Translations under genes and position numbers: made by a program | Notes under the pieces: model-generated | The model's input: the letters and a program-made list of their open reading frames with translations, nothing else | Database searches by the model: none | Told to the model about the DNA's origin: nothing | Source: Sphingobacterium hotanense | Lineage (GTDB): Bacteria; Bacteroidota; Bacteroidia; Sphingobacteriales; Sphingobacteriaceae | Direction: 5' to 3' | Length of the DNA stretch: 64,000 nucleotides | Assembly: GCF_008274825.1 (NCBI RefSeq) | Contig: NZ_CP030848.1 | Coordinates: 3,035,618 to 3,099,617, forward strand | Shown: positions 61,143 through 64,000 of the stretch, piece after piece | Layout: every line of letters starts with the position of its first letter | How positions within the stretch are numbered: the first letter of the stretch is position 1

Positions 61143-64000
61143 ATGCAGAGTAAAGGGCTGATTCAATTTTTGGTGGTAGTGGTTACCTTGGCGTGCCTCT
61201 ACTCCTTATCATTTACTTTTGTAACACGAAAAGTAGAGAAAGACGCGGCGGCATATGCTCAAGGAGACATGGCAAAAGAGAAAGCCTACCTTGATTCCAT
61301 GGCTGGTGAAGAGGTGTATAACCTAGGAATTGCAAAATTCACTTATCGGGAAGCAAAAGCGAATGAACTCGCTCTTGGTTTGGACTTAAAAGGCGGTATG
61401 AACGTTACAATGGAAATCGCATTGAACGAGCTGATCGCTAACTTAGCTAACAACCCGAAAGATCCTAACTTCAACAAGGCTTTAGAAACTGCCGTAACGA
61501 AAGCGAAAACAACGAACACATCGTTGATCGACTTATTCATCAACGAGTACAAAGCAACAGGTGCAGGAACGCCAATCGCTAGCTTCTTCGCAACAAAAGA
61601 TAACTCATCAGTTATCAAAGCAAGCAGCTCAGAAGGCGAATTGAAAAGCTTCCTAAACGCTGAAGCTGACAATGCGATCCAAAACTCATACAAAGTACTT
61701 CGTACGCGTATCGATAAATTCGGTGTTGCATCGCCTAACATCCAAATTCAGCAAGGTACAAACCGTATCTTAATCGAACTTCCAGGTGTAAGCGATCAAG
61801 AACGCGTTCGTAAATTATTACAAGGTTCTGCAAAATTAGAATTCTACGAAACTTACAATAACCTACAGATCTATCCTTTATTGGAGAACATCAATGGTAC
61901 ATTGGCTACCTCTTTAAAAGGCGAAAAACCAGCTACTGCTGCTGATACTACGGTTAAAGCTGCTGCTGATACAACAGCTAAAGAGGAAAACTTATTAGCA
62001 AACTTAAACGCTAATAAAGCAGATTCAGCGAAGGACACGACAAATGCAGTTGCTAACGCGACAGCATTAGCGAACAACCCGTTGTTCGCAATTTTATCTC
62101 CATCTTTCTACCAAGCGCCTAACGGTCAAACGCAATTGATCCCAGGGTCTACTGTGGGTTATGCAAACTTGAAAGATACAGCGAAAGTAAACCAATACTT
62201 AGCTCGTCCGGAGATCAAATCGATCATACCTGCAGATTTAAAATTATTATGGGCTGTTAAGCCAGAAACGAATACGCCAAACATCCTTGCATTGCACGCG
62301 ATCAAAACTACAGGTGCTGATCACAAAGCGGTAATGACTGGTGATGTAATTACTGATGCGCGTCCAGGTTCTGATCCTCAAACGAACAAACCTATCGTAT
62401 CTATGGATATGAATGCTGACGGTGCACGTCAGTGGAGACGTGTAACTGCTCAAGCAGCGCAAAACAAAGACGCTATCGCTATTGTATTGGATAACGTTGT
62501 TTATTCTGCACCGACAGTAAACGACGAGATTCCAGGCGGTAGTTCTACTATCTCAGGAAACTTTACTTTTGAAGATACAAAAGACTTATCTAACGTATTG
62601 AAAGCAGGTCGCCTACCGACTACGGCTAAGATCGTAGAAGAGGCAGTTGTAGGTCCTTCATTAGGTCAAGTTGCTATCGATTCAGGTGTTAACTCTTCAG
62701 TAATCGGTATCATCGTAGTAATGATGTTTATGATCGCTTACTACAACCGTGCAGGTATTGCTGCTAACATCGCGGTATTGTTCAACGTATTTTTCTTAAT
62801 GGGTGTTTTAGCATCCTTAAATGCGGTATTGACTTTACCGGGTATTGCGGGTATCGTATTGACGATGGGTACAGCGGTGGATGCCAACGTACTGATCTAT
62901 GAACGTATGCGTGAGGAATTAAGCTTGGGTAAATCAATGCGCCAAGTGGTATCCGACGGCTACAAGCATGCATTACCTTCGATCTTAGACTCTCAGATCA
63001 CGACGTTCTTAGTGGGTGTGATCTTATTCTTTACAGGATCAGGACCTATCCAAGGTTTCGCAACTACGTTAATGATCGGTATTATCACTTCATTGTTCAC
63101 AGCGATCTTCATCACTCGTTTGATTTTCGAATACATGTTGAGCAAAGAAATGAAAATCACAGTTTCATTCCCATGGTCTAACCATACAATGAAGAATGCA
63201 AACTACAAGTTCATCGAGAAGAGAAAATTATTCTATGGAATCTCTTTGGTTGCTGTTGTAATTTGTTTTGCAGCTATCTTAACCAAAGGATTCTCTTACG
63301 GAGTTGACTTCCAAGGTGGCCGTACGTATACGGTTAAATTTGACCAACCGGTAGCGGCAGAGGCTGTTCGTGAGAGCTTAGACAACGTATTCGGAACAAC
63401 GACTGAGGTTAAGACTTTCGGTAGTGAGAACCAACTACGTGTAACTACGTCTTACCATATTCAAGAAACTAGTGACGAGGCTGATCAAGAAGTATTAGGT
63501 AAACTAAACGAAGGATTAAGCAAAGTTCAAGGAAAATATGAGATTCTTTCTCAACAAAAAGTAGGTCCTACAATCGCTTCTGATATCCGCGATCGTGCAA
63601 TCTATGCAGCGGTATTATCAATCATCGTAATTGCGGCTTATATTTTGATCCGTTTCCGCAGATGGCAATATTCTGCTGGTGCGGCAATTGCAACTATTCA
63701 CGATGCGATTATCTTGTTAGGTTTATTCTCTATCCTTGATGGTCTAGTGCCTTTCTCATTGGATATCGACCAGCACTTCGTAGCGGCTATCCTGACGGTA
63801 TTGGGTTACTCGGTGAACGATACGGTAGTTGTATTTGACCGTCTACGTGAGTACTTAGGCAAACCAAATGCACACCATGAGAAAATGGATACAACAATCA
63901 ATAAAGCGATCAACTCTACATTAAGCCGTACAGTGATTACGTCTTTAACGGTAATCTTCGTATTAGCGGTATTGTTCGTATTCGGTGGTGAGGTTATCCG
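61143..64000 (+). CDS. secDF: Protein translocase subunit SecDF (fused), 5' part; continues past the window end
   Basis: ATG at 61143 (MQSKGLIQFLVVVVTLA). There is a long periplasmic domain and then the SecD TM bundle (GPSLGQVAIDSG...GIAGIVLTMGTAVDANVLIYERMREE), followed by the start of the SecF-like region. The frame is open to 64000. Confidence 0.9.
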   Translation, partial: MQSKGLIQFLVVVVTLACLYSLSFTFVTRKVEKDAAAYAQGDMAKEKAYLDSMAGEEVYNLGIAKFTYREAKANELALGLDLKGGMNVTMEIALNELIANLANNPKDPNFNKALETAVTKAKTTNTSLIDLFINEYKATGAGTPIASFFATKDNSSVIKASSSEGELKSFLNAEADNAIQNSYKVLRTRIDKFGVASPNIQIQQGTNRILIELPGVSDQERVRKLLQGSAKLEFYETYNNLQIYPLLENINGTLATSLKGEKPATAADTTVKAAADTTAKEENLLANLNANKADSAKDTTNAVANATALANNPLFAILSPSFYQAPNGQTQLIPGSTVGYANLKDTAKVNQYLARPEIKSIIPADLKLLWAVKPETNTPNILALHAIKTTGADHKAVMTGDVITDARPGSDPQTNKPIVSMDMNADGARQWRRVTAQAAQNKDAIAIVLDNVVYSAPTVNDEIPGGSSTISGNFTFEDTKDLSNVLKAGRLPTTAKIVEEAVVGPSLGQVAIDSGVNSSVIGIIVVMMFMIAYYNRAGIAANIAVLFNVFFLMGVLASLNAVLTLPGIAGIVLTMGTAVDANVLIYERMREELSLGKSMRQVVSDGYKHALPSILDSQITTFLVGVILFFTGSGPIQGFATTLMIGIITSLFTAIFITRLIFEYMLSKEMKITVSFPWSNHTMKNANYKFIEKRKLFYGISLVAVVICFAAILTKGFSYGVDFQGGRTYTVKFDQPVAAEAVRESLDNVFGTTTEVKTFGSENQLRVTTSYHIQETSDEADQEVLGKLNEGLSKVQGKYEILSQQKVGPTIASDIRDRAIYAAVLSIIVIAAYILIRFRRWQYSAGAAIATIHDAIILLGLFSILDGLVPFSLDIDQHFVAAILTVLGYSVNDTVVVFDRLREYLGKPNAHHEKMDTTINKAINSTLSRTVITSLTVIFVLAVLFVFGGEVI

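Overview
This window looks like a Bacteroidetes chromosome segment, most likely Sphingobacteriia-like. The evidence is the SusC/SusD pair, several TonB-dependent receptors, PepSY and LolA-like genes, and a flexirubin/aryl-polyene-type lipid cluster. Most genes are tightly packed, with many overlapping or abutting start/stop codons.

From 5' to 3' the window contains:
- 1-12.2 kb: the tail of a polyketide-lipid (flexirubin/APE-like) biosynthesis and export operon. It has two KAS-like genes, a polysaccharide deacetylase, a LolA-like gene, a hotdog dehydratase, a GT2 glycosyltransferase, a DUF2062 gene, an MMPL-acyltransferase fusion, a CrtI-like oxidoreductase, a C45-family lipoprotein and a PaaK-like ligase.
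- 12.6-20.4 kb: an iron/siderophore-type uptake locus (NUDIX hydrolase, two TonB-dependent receptors, PepSY, a divergent AraC regulator).
- 20.4-23.5 kb: a hypothetical secreted protein, a ChaA Ca2+/H+ antiporter and a Crp/Fnr regulator.
- 23.8-29.9 kb: a TPP riboswitch followed by thiS-thiC-tenI-like-thiE-thiG-thiH-thiF.
- 29.9-35.8 kb: an RNA-repair neighbourhood. It holds RtcB, an N-terminally duplicated SPFH/slipin protein, a non-canonical tRNA-like locus, a WYL/YafY regulator, a TetR regulator and a GNAT acetyltransferase.
- 36.1-39.7 kb: an M1 aminopeptidase, a HupE/UreJ-like membrane protein and a small secreted protein.
- 40.1-43.4 kb: an AraC regulator, pckA and crcB.
- 43.9-48.7 kb: a SusC/SusD pair.
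- 48.7-56.5 kb: a non-phosphorylative 6-deoxyhexose (L-fucose/L-rhamnose-type) catabolic operon with an FucP permease and a divergent AraC regulator.
- 56.7-57.8 kb: an IS110-family transposase.
- 58.3-64.0 kb: guaB, a small outer-membrane beta-barrel protein, and the 5' part of secDF.

The most unusual content is a family of short composite intergenic repeats. CTAA-rich arms such as tagacattagatattagag, nested TTGAACCAGGAAAGGAAGGA inverted repeats, TAGTTAGTA/TACTAAATA arms and GGGTTT-type hairpins recur at least eight times. They often form inverted pairs at gene 3' ends. One copy sits inside the catabolic operon and several overlap stop codons. A second unusual locus is the tRNA-like sequence that precedes the SPFH-RtcB genes on the same strand. 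No CRISPR array, rRNA or canonical tRNA could be confirmed by eye.
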